From contig CAVTCR010000073.1 of assembly GCA_963733195.1 (NCBI GenBank), forward strand, positions 190,840 through 254,839: DNA of 64,000 nt, written 5' to 3'. Under the pieces are notes generated by a model that searched no databases, was not told where the DNA came from, and saw only the letters and a program-made list of their open reading frames with translations. Below are positions 1 through 11,292 of the stretch, in pieces (within the stretch, counting starts at the first letter, position 1; each line of letters begins with the position of its first letter). This DNA comes from an uncultured delta proteobacterium (lineage in GTDB: Bacteria > Desulfobacterota > Binatia > Bin18). The position numbers and the translations under genes were made by a program.

Positions 1-1154
1 ACCTTGCGATCGAGGACTTACTCGATCGTCCTCCAGTACAAATGGACCTTGCGCCAGTTCGTCACTTTGTCAAAGGGAAGCGGGTGTTAGTGACTGGTGC
101 CGGAGGCTCGATCGGGTCTGAACTGTGTCGCCAACTGGCCCAGTGTGAACCCGACATGCTCTTGATGTTGGATAAGGCAGAGAGTGCGCTCTACGACATT
201 GACATGGAGTTGCGACAGAAGGCTCCCGCCTGTCCTCGCATGACACTCCTTGTTGATATTACCAATGCTGGTCGGTTGCATGATGTCTTCATGCGTCATG
301 CACCACAGATTGTGTTCCATGCGGCAGCGTACAAGCACGTGCCGATGATGGAGATGCATCCGAGCGAAGCCGTCCTCAACAATATTATTGGTACCCGCCG
401 CCTGTGCGAGATTGCCGCCCAGCGGGGAGTAGAAACCTTCGTACAGATCTCGACTGACAAAGCAGTCAACCCCACCAATGTGATGGGTGCCACGAAGCGT
501 GTTGGTGAGTTGTTTGTGCAAGCCGTGGCACGGCAAGCAGAGGTACAGAGCCAGACGACGTTTTGTGCCGTTCGGTTTGGAAACGTCCTTGGTAGTAACG
601 GTAGTGTGGTTCCGCTATTTCTCCAGCAAATCCATCAAGGTGGACCAGTGACAGTAACCCATCCCGACATTACACGCTATTTCATGACTATTCCCGAGGC
701 TTCTCAGTTGGTGTTGCGCGCGGCAACTTTAGCAAAAGGCGGAGAGATCTTTGTCTTAGATATGGGGGAGCAGATTCGTGTTCTTGATATGGCACGACAT
801 CTGATCCGTCTTGCTGGTTTCGTGCCGGAAGAAGAAATTCCCATTACATTCACCGGACTTCGTCCTGGAGAGAAGTTGTACGAAGAGCTAGTCGGTACAG
901 ACGAGGCTGCCGAACCGTCTAGAGAGATGAAGATCAATCGTGTCTGTCCGCAGTGGCAACCGGATCTTGATCGGTTAATAACGGACTTGCGCGAACTCGA
1001 ATGGCTTGCCGAGCAAGGGCGTACAAAGGCAATTATCGCATTACTCCGTGAGATCGTACCGACCTTTCGTTTGCCCGAAGCTGAGGTAAAAGCGGAGATC
1101 CATACGTCGCTACGTGGTATGGCTGATCCTCCTAGCCTTGCTGTGGCAGCATAA
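1..1154 (+). CDS. Polysaccharide biosynthesis protein, CapD/WbpM-like nucleotide-sugar dehydratase (5' partial)
   Basis: Frame is open from the window edge ([12 protein letters not shown]); motifs [53 protein letters not shown]. Confidence 0.93.
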   Translation, partial: LAIEDLLDRPPVQMDLAPVRHFVKGKRVLVTGAGGSIGSELCRQLAQCEPDMLLMLDKAESALYDIDMELRQKAPACPRMTLLVDITNAGRLHDVFMRHAPQIVFHAAAYKHVPMMEMHPSEAVLNNIIGTRRLCEIAAQRGVETFVQISTDKAVNPTNVMGATKRVGELFVQAVARQAEVQSQTTFCAVRFGNVLGSNGSVVPLFLQQIHQGGPVTVTHPDITRYFMTIPEASQLVLRAATLAKGGEIFVLDMGEQIRVLDMARHLIRLAGFVPEEEIPITFTGLRPGEKLYEELVGTDEAAEPSREMKINRVCPQWQPDLDRLITDLRELEWLAEQGRTKAIIALLREIVPTFRLPEAEVKAEIHTSLRGMADPPSLAVAA

Positions 1155-1301
1155 ACAGTCTTCTTTCATCCTACTTATTAGTACTCGTGCTCATACGCGC
1201 TCCCTACTTTCACAAAAGGGCAGCCTGCGAGTGTGTTGCCCGCCCTTTGCTTTTGTGTTGATTGTATCGATAATAAAGAAAATTTTTCTTGAGGAGTTGG
1301 A

Positions 1302-1598
1302 ATGTCGCTGCGAGCCATCTTCGCGTTGCTCTTATCGTTATTGGCATTGGTCTTTGCTCTACAAAATACCGATCCGATTAATCTACACTTCCTTCTCTGG
1401 GATTTTCCCATGAAAGTGGGATTTGCAGTCGGGGCACCTTTCCTCATTGGGGTATTCGTTGGGCTTTTATTGTCGTGGCGACGGCAGAAGAAGGTGGAGA
1501 AAACGCAGCAACTACCTGAACCTGGTTCGCCAGCTGCATTATTGGCAAATGTGAATGCCACGTCTGGAAAAAAGAAAGCTGCGAGCTGGTGGTGGTAG
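1302..1598 (+). CDS. LapA/DUF1049-family small membrane protein
   Basis: GAGGAG SD; two hydrophobic helices around FALQN..I.L.FL.W. Confidence 0.75.
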   Translation: MSLRAIFALLLSLLALVFALQNTDPINLHFLLWDFPMKVGFAVGAPFLIGVFVGLLLSWRRQKKVEKTQQLPEPGSPAALLANVNATSGKKKAASWWW

Positions 1599-1744
1599 CA
1601 GGCTAATGCAGAATAGTGAATGCGGAATGATGAATGAGGACTGTCTCATGGGTGATTTACGGATGAAGCTTTAGATTACTGTGCTCGGCCCCCAGACCTC
1701 AGTCCTCATGACTTGTCTTTCAGCTCAAGGAAGGGGAGGAAGGG

Positions 1745-2308
1745 GTGAACTCGCAGTTGCGTATCCTGTTTGTAACAGCAGAAGTATTTCCTTTTGCCCG
1801 TACCGGTGGATTGGGAGATGTCTGTGGAACACTACCGCTAGGGTTTAGATATCTCGGCGAAATGATCGTCCGTGGCGAATTGTTGCTGGGTGGTGAAGAG
1901 AGTGGAGGCTTGTCGATCCGGGGGCATGTCCCAGAAAAAGATGGGATCCTGGCTTGTCTATTGGTTGTTGAGATGGTGGCGCGTACAGGGAAAAGTCTCA
2001 AGGTCCTTTTGCATGACCTCTTCTCTCGCGTTGGTGAACTCTATCCCCTCCGTGAGGATGTGCACCTGTCTGTTGCGCAGCAAAGCCGGTTACGGGCCGC
2101 ATTGGCGGCTCCACCGATGAGTATTGCGAGCATACGTGTCGAGCGTGTGAGCACCCTAGATGGGTTGAAACTCTACCTCCATGGAGGTAGTTGGTTGCTG
2201 GTACGTGCCTCTGGTACGGAACCTGTGGTACGATTGTATGCTGAGGCTGGACGTGAGGAGATGACACGGGTGCTCCTTGCAGAGGCGCAGGACGTATTCC
2301 TGACCTAA
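1745..2308 (+). pseudogene. Chimeric ORF: first ~31 aa of glycogen synthase fused in frame to the C-terminal part of a phosphoglucomutase/phosphomannomutase
   Basis: ILFVTAEVFPFARTGGLGDV is a GlgA N-terminus; GFRYLGE..GGEESGG..HVPEKDG..VRASGTEPVVRLYAE are PGM/PMM domains 3-4. Confidence 0.8.
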
Positions 2309-2320
2309 CAGGAGAGAATC

Positions 2321-3547
2321 ATGGCGAGACTCCGCATTCTTGGTATGATTATGGCAGGTGGAAAAGGCGACCGTTTGTTTCCGCTCACCAAAGCGCGGAG
2401 TAAGCCGGCCGCCCCCTTTGCCGGGAAACATCGCATCATTGATTTCGTGCTGTCGAACTTTATCAATTCTGGTGTCTACGCTATCTATCTGTTAGTGCAG
2501 TACAAGTCGCAATCATTGATCGAACATTCGCGCTCAACCTGGCGGTGGCGTATTGGAGGGGGATTGAAAGATACCTTTATCACCGCCGTTCCGCCGCAAA
2601 TGCGGCAAGGCGAGACGTGGTATCAAGGGACTGCCGACGCGGTATATCAGAATATCAACGTGATTCGTGATTTTCATCCAGACCTGATTGCCGTTTTCGG
2701 CGCAGACCACATTTACCGCATGGATCTCGAACAGATGGTCAAGTTTCATCGGGAGAATCGTGCACATGTGACGATCGCAGCACTGCCAGTGCCGCTGGAT
2801 GCCGCGCCTGGATTCGGGATCATTGAAGTCGATCGTACCCAACGGATCATGGGGTTTGAAGAAAAGCCGAAGAACCCGAAACCGATGCCGACAGACACGA
2901 GCCGGGCCTACGCTTCGATGGGAAATTATCTCTTTGAAACAGAACTGCTGATCGATGCACTCCAAGAAGATGCCCAACGCGATACTGCCCATGATTTTGG
3001 CCGGACAATTATTCCGCAGCTCTTCACCAAGCGGCGAGTTTTTGCCTATGACTTTTTGACCAACGACATCCCTGGGATTAAGCCATACGAAGAACGTGGG
3101 TACTGGCGTGATGTCGGAACGCTACCAGCGTACTGGCAAGCGCATCTGGATTTGCTCGGCGCGACACCGGCTTTTGATCTTCACAACGCGCAGTGGCCGA
3201 TCTTTGGCCCGGTCTACGATGGACCCCCAGCACGGTTCATCAGTGGGGAGATCGACAACAGTCTGATTGGGGAAGGCTGCTGCATTGACGGAGGAACAGT
3301 CAAACGTTCTGTCTTGGGCAGAGGCGTACGGGTCGGCAAGGATGCGGAGATTCAGGAATCCATAGTGATGGACTATGCCGAGATTGCTCCAGGGGTCAAA
3401 CTCAAAGGTGTGATCGTTGACCGTTATAATGTCATTCCTGCGGGTAGTGAAATCGGGACCGGCTCTGGAGAGGGAGAAGAACGCTACTTTCGTGAACCGT
3501 CTGGGTTGTTTGTCCTTGAGCGTGGAGAGACCCGCTCGCCCATGTAA
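2321..3547 (+). CDS. glgC: Glucose-1-phosphate adenylyltransferase
   Basis: AGGKGDRLFPLT..RSKPA, WYQGTADAVYQN, DHIYRMD, ASMGNY, YWRDVGT. Confidence 0.96.
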   Translation: MARLRILGMIMAGGKGDRLFPLTKARSKPAAPFAGKHRIIDFVLSNFINSGVYAIYLLVQYKSQSLIEHSRSTWRWRIGGGLKDTFITAVPPQMRQGETWYQGTADAVYQNINVIRDFHPDLIAVFGADHIYRMDLEQMVKFHRENRAHVTIAALPVPLDAAPGFGIIEVDRTQRIMGFEEKPKNPKPMPTDTSRAYASMGNYLFETELLIDALQEDAQRDTAHDFGRTIIPQLFTKRRVFAYDFLTNDIPGIKPYEERGYWRDVGTLPAYWQAHLDLLGATPAFDLHNAQWPIFGPVYDGPPARFISGEIDNSLIGEGCCIDGGTVKRSVLGRGVRVGKDAEIQESIVMDYAEIAPGVKLKGVIVDRYNVIPAGSEIGTGSGEGEERYFREPSGLFVLERGETRSPM

Positions 3548-3651
3548 GCGAGCACCTAATGAAGAATGAAAAATGAATAATGAAGAATACAAATGAAGCC
3601 TCCCCCTTTCAATTGGTCATTCTTCATTCTTAATTCTCAATTCTTCATTGT

Positions 3652-6091
3652 ATGAAGTACCTCTGCATCCACGGTCATTTCTACCAACCGCCGCGTGAGA
3701 ACCCGTGGCTCGACACTATCGAGGTGCAGGATTCGGCATCTCCCAGCCACGATTGGAATGCGCGTATTACTGCTGAATGTTATTGGCCCAATGCTGCTGC
3801 GCATCGTCTAGGTGCTGACAATCGCATTACTGCCATTGCCAATAATTATGCGTCGATGAGCTTTAACTTTGGGCCGACGTTAACTGCGTGGCTGGCGCGG
3901 AACGAACCTGAGCTGCTAACCCACATTGTCGAAGCCGATCGCGTAAGTTGTGAGCAACATGCGGGATATGGAAATGCAATTGCTCAGGCCTATGGGCATG
4001 CGATCCTTCCTTTGGCAAATCCACACGATAAGCTGACGCAGGTCTATTGGGGCATTCGTGATTTTGTGTATCGTTTCGGACGACTCCCACACGGCATGTG
4101 GCTGCCGGAGACCGCCGTCGATACCCCCACGCTTGAGGCGTTGGCTGCTCATAATCTCACGTACACGATCCTTGCCCCGCATCAGGCCAAGCGTATTCGT
4201 CGGCTAGGCCAAACGGTATGGGAAGGCGTAAACGAGGAGACGCTCGACACGCGTCGCCCGTACGTTTGTCGTCTTCCGAGCGGAAAACAGATTGTGTTGT
4301 TCTTTTACGATGCACGAATTGCGCGGGGCGTGGCATTCGAGCATCTGCTGGATAGTGGAGAACGTTTTGTTGAGCGGCTGGTGGCTGCCTTTCAATCGGA
4401 CACTAAAGAGCCACAACTGGTCCACGTGGCGACCGATGGCGAGACCTATGGCCATCATCATCGCTTTGGTGAAATGGCGTTCACCTTTGCCATTCACGAG
4501 CTTGAGCGCCGGGGACTCGTGCATGTTACGAACTACGGTGAATATCTTGCCCTGCATCCTCCCCAGTGGGAGGTGGAGATCGTTGAGAATAGCTCCTGGA
4601 GCTGTGCCCACGGAGTTGAGCGATGGCGGGCAGACTGTGGATGTCAGATAGGAAGTTTACCTGGCTGGACGCAACAATGGCGCGCGCCACTACGAGCAGC
4701 TCTGGATTGGCTGCGAGCGGAAATCGATGTGCTCTTTGAGCGTCAGGCTGGGGTCTTTTTACGAGATCCCTGGGCAGCGCGGGACGCCTATATCGAGGTT
4801 GTCCTTGATCGCTCACCGCAGCGCGTTGACGAATTCTGTATGCAACATGCCGGACGAGTGCTTGTGCCGGCAGAGCAGCAATCCGTCCTGAAATTGCTCG
4901 AATTGCAACGTCATCGGCTATTGATGTTCACTAGCTGTGGTTGGTTCTTCGATGAGTTGTCGGGGTTAGAGGGAACACAGATCCTCCGCTATGCTGCGCG
5001 GGCAGTCGAATTGGCGAAAGAAAATGGAGTCTCGCTCGAAGCAGAATTCGTTGAGCGACTCCGCCGCGCGCCAAGTAACCTTCCTGAGATAGGCGATGGT
5101 GGTCAACTCTATCTGCGTACGGTGAGGCCCGCCCGCATCGATTTCTCCCAGGGTTGTCGCCAATCTTGCTATGGGTCAGATTTTAGAGCCCAAGTTGCTG
5201 CATGAGGCGCCCCCAGCATTCGCTGTGCAACGGCAGGACTATGAAGAAGAAAGTTACGGGGCGACTGCGCTCGGAGTAGGGCGTATGCAGGTTGAATCAT
5301 GCTTTACGCAAGAGGCGCGCGCGCTTGTCTTTGCCGTGCTGAAGCTGAGCATGCATGACGTTCACTGTGTCGTCCGTGAGAACATGACAGACTCTGACTA
5401 TCAACAGCTGAAAACGACGTTGATCAAAACCTTTGCACGACACTCGTTATCAGAGGTCGTGCGGAGTCTCGATCGCACGTTTGGCGAGAACTATTACACA
5501 GCCAAAGACCTCTTTCTTGATGATCGCCGCCGAGTGCTAGCGCAGATCGGTGAAGGAATGTTGGACCGGCTTGAAGAAACCTATCGTCAGCTCTATCACG
5601 AGAACCGTCGCTTGATGGAGTATCTGCATGAGCTCAACGTGCCACTCCCGCAGGGATTTTCGCTTGCAGCCGAGTTTCTTGTGAATCGCACCTTTAGTCG
5701 CGTCATGGTGAACGTGATCGAGAAAGGGCAGAACGATGACGAGGTAGAGGAAGTGTTGAGGGAAGCGCGCAAATGGCAGGTCCCGTTGGCGACAAAAGAG
5801 TCAGAACACCTCGTCTGTCGAGCAATTGAAGGACATATTGCTACGATGCTTACCGATCCCTTGAGTAACGGCGTGACGATTGCTTCTCGGCTGTTGCAAG
5901 TTGCTGAACATGTGAATCTGAGACTTCATTTGTGGCGTGCACAAATGCTCTTTGTTCAAGTCTGTCGCCGGCATCTTCACGACTTGTTGAGCCGTCGAGG
6001 TGACGACAAAATGGTTGCGCGTCAGCTCACTGTGCTCCGTCAGCTTAGGGGAGCAATTACACTTTGCTGTAGTCGAAAATATTTCTCTTGA
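3652..6091 (+). CDS. Glycoside hydrolase family 57 / DUF3536 protein, split by a frameshift near 5150 and probably another near 6045
   Basis: HGHFYQPPRENPW, GMWLPET, ATDGETYGHH, SWSCAHGVERW, MFTSCGWFFD; the DUF3536-like C-terminus continues in ORF 5171-6091. Confidence 0.85.
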
Positions 6092-6311
6092 TGCCTGGGA
6101 AGCAACCTGAGGCCGAGGGCTCAGGTAAGGAACTGGAACAACCCCTACTTATACCCCGCTCGCCCTGAGCGTACTCTGAGCTTGTCGAAAGGGAAGTCGA
6201 AGGATAGGGGACATTAAACGCACAACTTTCAGACATAAGCCGACTAGGGTTGCCCATGTAGTTGGTCCGCCGTTTTTCCTGTACTAGAGGGAAAATAACA
6301 AGGGGGTATGT

Positions 6312-6890
6312 ATGACCTGGATCAAGACGCAATCACCAGCAGAGAACCACGCCGTGAGTGAGGTCCTAGAGAAATTACAGGTGCTCTATCCTAAAGAATA
6401 TGACGCTTCCCGTCGTCATGAACGGCTACTGCCTGATCTCGTGAAAAACGACAGCATTATGCTGTCGCACTCGTTGATTCCACAAGCGATGTATCATGCA
6501 TTTGCGACGTACGGTGCGGCGATGGACCCGAGCCTGCCTTTGACGCGCCGTCAGCATGAGATGATTGCAACGGTCGTCTCGACGCTCAATCGTTGTTTCT
6601 ATTGAATTGAATCGCACGCAGAGTTTCTGCGGAGTGTCAGCCTTGATACAGAGCTCGCCGAGGCACTGAAGCGGGATTGGCGCGAGACACAACTGGATAT
6701 GCGCGATCACGCTATGTTGGAGTATGTTGAAAAGATCACCAAAAACCCGCCTTCCATCTGGCGTGACGATATGGACGCGCTTCGGAAAGTTGGGTTCGAT
6801 GACACGGGGATTCTCCAGATCACGCTGATTGCCTCGTTCTTCAACTACATCAATCGCATCGCTGATGCATTGGGAGTGGGGCGAGAGTAA
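6312..6890 (+). CDS. AhpD/carboxymuconolactone decarboxylase-like peroxidase with in-frame UGA (probable selenocysteine, CxxU)
   Basis: ORFs 6312-6605 and 6699-6890 are in the same frame, separated only by TGA 6603-6605; reads VSTLNRCFY-U-IESHAEFLR, ends FNYINRIADALG. Confidence 0.85.
6617..6631 (+). promoter_or_regulatory. Putative bacterial SECIS hairpin
   Basis: CGCAGA-GTT-TCTGCG stem-loop after an 11-nt spacer from the UGA, with G at the start of the loop. Confidence 0.6.
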
Positions 6891-6980
6891 GAGTTTTCCC
6901 ATCACTCCCTTTATGCTACCTTCCCAAGGCCGCACTCAGCGTGGCGAACGAGACTACAATAAATACAAGGAGAGTCGTCC

Positions 6981-8933
6981 ATGGCCGAGCATGTGGAAAA
7001 GGTGCCAACCTACGACATTCCCGCAGCGATTAAGGGGACTACAGCCATTACGCCTGAGCTGTATGCACAGCTCTATCAACGCTCAATTCAAGATCCAGAG
7101 AACTTTTGGGCCGAACAGGCCGACAAATTTGTCACATGGTTCAAGAAGTGGGATAAAATCCTGGAGTGGGATTTTCATCAAGCCAACATTAAGTGGTTTA
7201 TTGGTGGAAAACTAAATGTTTCCTATAATTGCTTAGATCGCCACGTGGAAGCCGGAGCCGGTGGACAGACCGCGATTATCTGGCAAGGTAACGATGCCGG
7301 TGAGTCGCGGAAACTTACTTACGCTGAACTGCTAGGAGAAGTCTGTCAATTCGCTAATGCTTTGAAGTCTTTAGGAGTGAAGAGGGGTGACCGCGTCTGT
7401 ATCTATATGCAGATGGTGCCAGAACTTGCAGTAGCGATGCTCGCCTGTACGCGCATTGGGGCAGTCCACTCTGTTGTGTTTGGCGCGTTTTCTGCCGAGT
7501 CACTACGGGATCGCATCCAGGATTCAACCTGTAAAGTGCTGATTACCCAAGACACCGCGTTGCGCGGAGCCAAGAACGATATCCCCATGAAAGCCAATGC
7601 TGATGATGCTCTTGAACACTGCCCATCGATCGAGAAGGTGGTAGTTGTGCGTCGGACCGGTCACTCGATTACGATGAAGTCCGGGCGCGATGTGTGGTGG
7701 CATGATCTTGTGTCGCAGCAATCCTCAACTTGCGTGCCGGAACAGATGGATGCCGAAGACCCGCTGTTCATTCTCTATACATCAGGATCAACCGGTAAAC
7801 CGAAAGGCGTGCTGCATACCACCGGTGGATATCTTACTCATGTGTCTATCACTCATAAATACGTTTTTGATTATCGTCCGGGTGACATTTATTGGTGCAC
7901 AGCAGATTGCGGGTGGGTGACGGGGCATAGCTATGTGGTCTATGGCCCGTTATCGAATCGGGCTACCACGATCATGTTCGAGGGTGTGCCCAACTACCCC
8001 GACTTTGGCCGCTTCTGGCAGGTGGTTGAACAACACAAAGTGAACATCATTTACACCGCACCAACGGCACTGCGGGCGCTGATGAAAGAGGGGGATTCCT
8101 GGCCTAATAAGTACGATCTCTCCAGCCTGCGCATACTTGGCACTGTTGGTGAGCCGATCAAAAGTCCGGAATGGCATTGGTATTTTCAGGTCATCGGCAA
8201 AGAACGTGCGCCAGTCGTGGATACATGGTGGCAGACAGAAACCGGTGGCATTCTCATTACCCCACAACCCGGAGCAATCAAAACGAAGCCAGGCTCAGCG
8301 ACCTTACCGTTTTTTGGTGTCCAGCCGTGTCTAGTGGACGAACAAGGCAATGAGCTGAATGGCAATGACGTGACCGGTAACCTGTGCATCAAGTTCCCGT
8401 GGCCGGGAATTATGCGTACGGTGTACGGCGATCATGAGCGGTTCCGTCAAACCTACTTTGCCATGTATCCCGGCAAGTATTTCACTGGTGATGGTTGTCG
8501 CCGCGATGAAGATGGATATTACTGGATCACAGGTCGTGTTGATGACGTGATTAATGTTTCCGGCCATCGCATCGGCACAGCAGAAATTGAAGGGGCGATT
8601 GGTCGCCATTCCTCTGTTGCCGAAGCTGCGGTTGTTGGCATGCCGCACGATCTCAAAGGGCAGGGGATCTACGCCTTTGTCACGTTGAAAACTGGGCAGC
8701 ATGTGACTCCGGGTTTAACCAAGGAAATCAACGATACCGTGCGCCACGAGATCGGCCCACATGCGACGCCGGATAAAATTCAGTTCACCGACGGATTACC
8801 GAAAACTCGTAGTGGTAAGATCATGCGCCGCATTTTGCGCAAGATCGGCGAAGGGGCGATTGATCAACTTGGTGATACTTCGACACTCGCTGATCCGTCT
8901 GTCGTGGATCAATTGGTGACGGGAAGACAATAG
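6981..8933 (+). CDS. acs: Acetyl-CoA synthetase
   Basis: [33 protein letters not shown]; 650 aa. Confidence 0.97.
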   Translation: MAEHVEKVPTYDIPAAIKGTTAITPELYAQLYQRSIQDPENFWAEQADKFVTWFKKWDKILEWDFHQANIKWFIGGKLNVSYNCLDRHVEAGAGGQTAIIWQGNDAGESRKLTYAELLGEVCQFANALKSLGVKRGDRVCIYMQMVPELAVAMLACTRIGAVHSVVFGAFSAESLRDRIQDSTCKVLITQDTALRGAKNDIPMKANADDALEHCPSIEKVVVVRRTGHSITMKSGRDVWWHDLVSQQSSTCVPEQMDAEDPLFILYTSGSTGKPKGVLHTTGGYLTHVSITHKYVFDYRPGDIYWCTADCGWVTGHSYVVYGPLSNRATTIMFEGVPNYPDFGRFWQVVEQHKVNIIYTAPTALRALMKEGDSWPNKYDLSSLRILGTVGEPIKSPEWHWYFQVIGKERAPVVDTWWQTETGGILITPQPGAIKTKPGSATLPFFGVQPCLVDEQGNELNGNDVTGNLCIKFPWPGIMRTVYGDHERFRQTYFAMYPGKYFTGDGCRRDEDGYYWITGRVDDVINVSGHRIGTAEIEGAIGRHSSVAEAAVVGMPHDLKGQGIYAFVTLKTGQHVTPGLTKEINDTVRHEIGPHATPDKIQFTDGLPKTRSGKIMRRILRKIGEGAIDQLGDTSTLADPSVVDQLVTGRQ

Positions 8934-9050
8934 GCTGAGTTAAAAGTTAAGAATTAAGAGTGAAGAATGAAAGATGGGGAATAAAATCTTCATTAATTGT
9001 TTTTTCTTCTGTAATTCTTAACTCTTTATTCTTCATTCTTCATTATTTTT

Positions 9051-10490
9051 ATGTTGCATTTCTACAACACTCTTACTGGAAAAGACGAACAATTCACCCC
9101 GTTCACACCCGGCAAAGTACGGATGTACGTGTGCGGAGTGACGGTCTATGACCGTTCGCACATCGGTCACGCGCGAGCCTTGGTTACGTTTGACGTCGTC
9201 TATCGCTATCTGAAGTTCCTTGGTTACGAGGTTACTTTCATACGTAACTTTACTGATGTGGATGACAAGATCATCAATCGCGCCAATGAACGCGGCATTT
9301 CCTCGCAAGAATTGTCTGAGCAATATATTCGGGAATTTACCGAAGACATGACGGCACTGCGTTGCTTACCACCTACGTACGAACCGCGCGCGACGCAGCA
9401 TATTCCTGAGATGATCGCCATTATTCAGGAACTAGAGGCTAAAGGACTCGCGTATTCCACTGATGGTGATGTGTACTTCGCGGTCGACAAGTTTCCGACC
9501 TACGGCAAACTCTCGCATCGTCGCCTTGACGATATGATGGCTGGTGCGCGTATCGAGATCGATGAACGTAAACATCACCCAATGGATTTTGCCTTGTGGA
9601 AAAGTAGTAAACCGGGAGAGCCGACGTGGGACAGCCCATGGGGTAAAGGCCGACCAGGCTGGCACATTGAGTGCTCAGCGATGTGCAGCAAGTATCTTGG
9701 TCAGCCATTTGATATTCACGGTGGTGGCTCAGACCTGATCTTTCCGCACCATGAGAACGAAATTGCCCAGTCCGAAGGAGCGAAAGGAACCGAACTTGCA
9801 CGTTACTGGCTGCACAACGGCATGGTCACCGTTGAGCAAGAAAAGATGTCCAAATCGTTGGGCAACTTTCTGACGATCAAAGATGCATTAACGAAAACCA
9901 CACCAGAAGTGTTACGTTTCGTGTTGCTTTCGACTCATTACCGTATGCCTCTCGACTTCTCGATGCAGAAAGTCGAAGAGGCAGAGAAGGGGCTCACCCG
10001 TATCTACGAGACTCTCGCGCGAGTTGATGCGGCACTTGGGGGTTCTTCTTCTTGGACTAAGGAACTCCGAACTCCGAACTCCGAACTCCGAACTCGGTTT
10101 TGCGAAGCAATGGATGACGACTGCAACACCGCGCGTGTGCTTGGTGTGGTCTTCGAGACAGTGCGTGAAATGAATCGTGTGCTGGATGCTGGACAAACCA
10201 CCGACTTGGCAGCCACGCGAGCCGATCTTGCGGCCATTGCGTCAGTCCTCGGCATCATGAACGAAGTTCCGGCGCAGTTCCTCGAAGCGCAAAAACAACG
10301 TGGCCTGGCGCAATCACAGTTGACACCAGAAAAGATCGAGCAGCTCATTGCCGAACGCGCTGCTGCCCGTAAAGCAAAAGACTTCAAGCGCGGGGATACG
10401 ATTCGCGATCAACTTGCCGAACAAGGCGTGATCCTCAAAGATAGTCCAACCGGCACGACCTGGACGATAGAAGGTGGGCGGAAGGGGTAG
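9051..10490 (+). CDS. cysS: Cysteinyl-tRNA synthetase
   Basis: YVCGVTVYD.SHIGH, GRPGWHIECS, FPHHENE, KMSKS. Confidence 0.98.
   Translation: MLHFYNTLTGKDEQFTPFTPGKVRMYVCGVTVYDRSHIGHARALVTFDVVYRYLKFLGYEVTFIRNFTDVDDKIINRANERGISSQELSEQYIREFTEDMTALRCLPPTYEPRATQHIPEMIAIIQELEAKGLAYSTDGDVYFAVDKFPTYGKLSHRRLDDMMAGARIEIDERKHHPMDFALWKSSKPGEPTWDSPWGKGRPGWHIECSAMCSKYLGQPFDIHGGGSDLIFPHHENEIAQSEGAKGTELARYWLHNGMVTVEQEKMSKSLGNFLTIKDALTKTTPEVLRFVLLSTHYRMPLDFSMQKVEEAEKGLTRIYETLARVDAALGGSSSWTKELRTPNSELRTRFCEAMDDDCNTARVLGVVFETVREMNRVLDAGQTTDLAATRADLAAIASVLGIMNEVPAQFLEAQKQRGLAQSQLTPEKIEQLIAERAAARKAKDFKRGDTIRDQLAEQGVILKDSPTGTTWTIEGGRKG
10062..10096 (+). repeat. (GAACTCC)x5 heptamer tandem inside cysS
   Basis: Four perfect copies and one imperfect copy; encodes ELRTPNSELRT. 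Confidence 0.9.
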
Positions 10491-11292
10491 CCTCATTTTT
10501 ATCGGAGCACGGTGTGTTTCACGCGCTACGAGTGCGATGCCCAGAAGCTTGCTTCGTTCCCAGGATCCTATAGAATCGGTGCCCCGCAGCAAGCTATGAA
10601 GTTCTTTACTCCTTTTTTCTGCCGTTCCGTTAAGTCGAAGGAAACCAACTGCTTGTATATATCCACAGGTGAAACGAGCCCTCCCTAATCGTCGTGTTCC
10701 CATGTTCGCTCAGCTCATGTTGCGTTGGCCCTTGCGCCTATTGCGCTGGCTTTGTTTCGTTGTTTTTTGCTTTTATGGGCTGTGTCTAGTGGCGTTGTTC
10801 TACCTCAAGTGGTTGCCGCCACTTTCGACTACTGTCCAGATGCAACGTCGTATCGAAGCATTTTTTCTGGCAGAACCGTACACCAAGCGATATGATTTCG
10901 TTCCACTTACAGAGCTGCCTCTTCATCTTGCCCGTGCTGCTGTTGCTACTGAGGATGCCCGCTTTTTCGATCACAATGGTGTCGACTGGCGCGAGTTAGA
11001 CGCCCTGCTCGATAAGGCGAAACATCGCGGTCACTTGACTCGTGGTGGCTCAACGATCACACAACAATTGGTGAAGAACCTTTTTCTCACGACGCATCGT
11101 TCGCTGTGGCGGAAGGTGTTGGAGTTTACGCTCATTCCCCTAGCTGAGCTGCTGCTGACGAAAGAGCGAATTCTGGAGCTATATTTGAATGTCGTCGAAT
11201 GGGGGCCTGGAATGTATGGAGCCGAGGCCGCGGCGCAATTTCATTATGGTATCTCGGCAAAACGCCTGACTCGTGATCAAGCTGCACGACTA

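Noticed and set aside
1130-1154. CapD C-terminus SLAVAA resembling an ssrA degron
   Set aside because: Too short to distinguish from chance.
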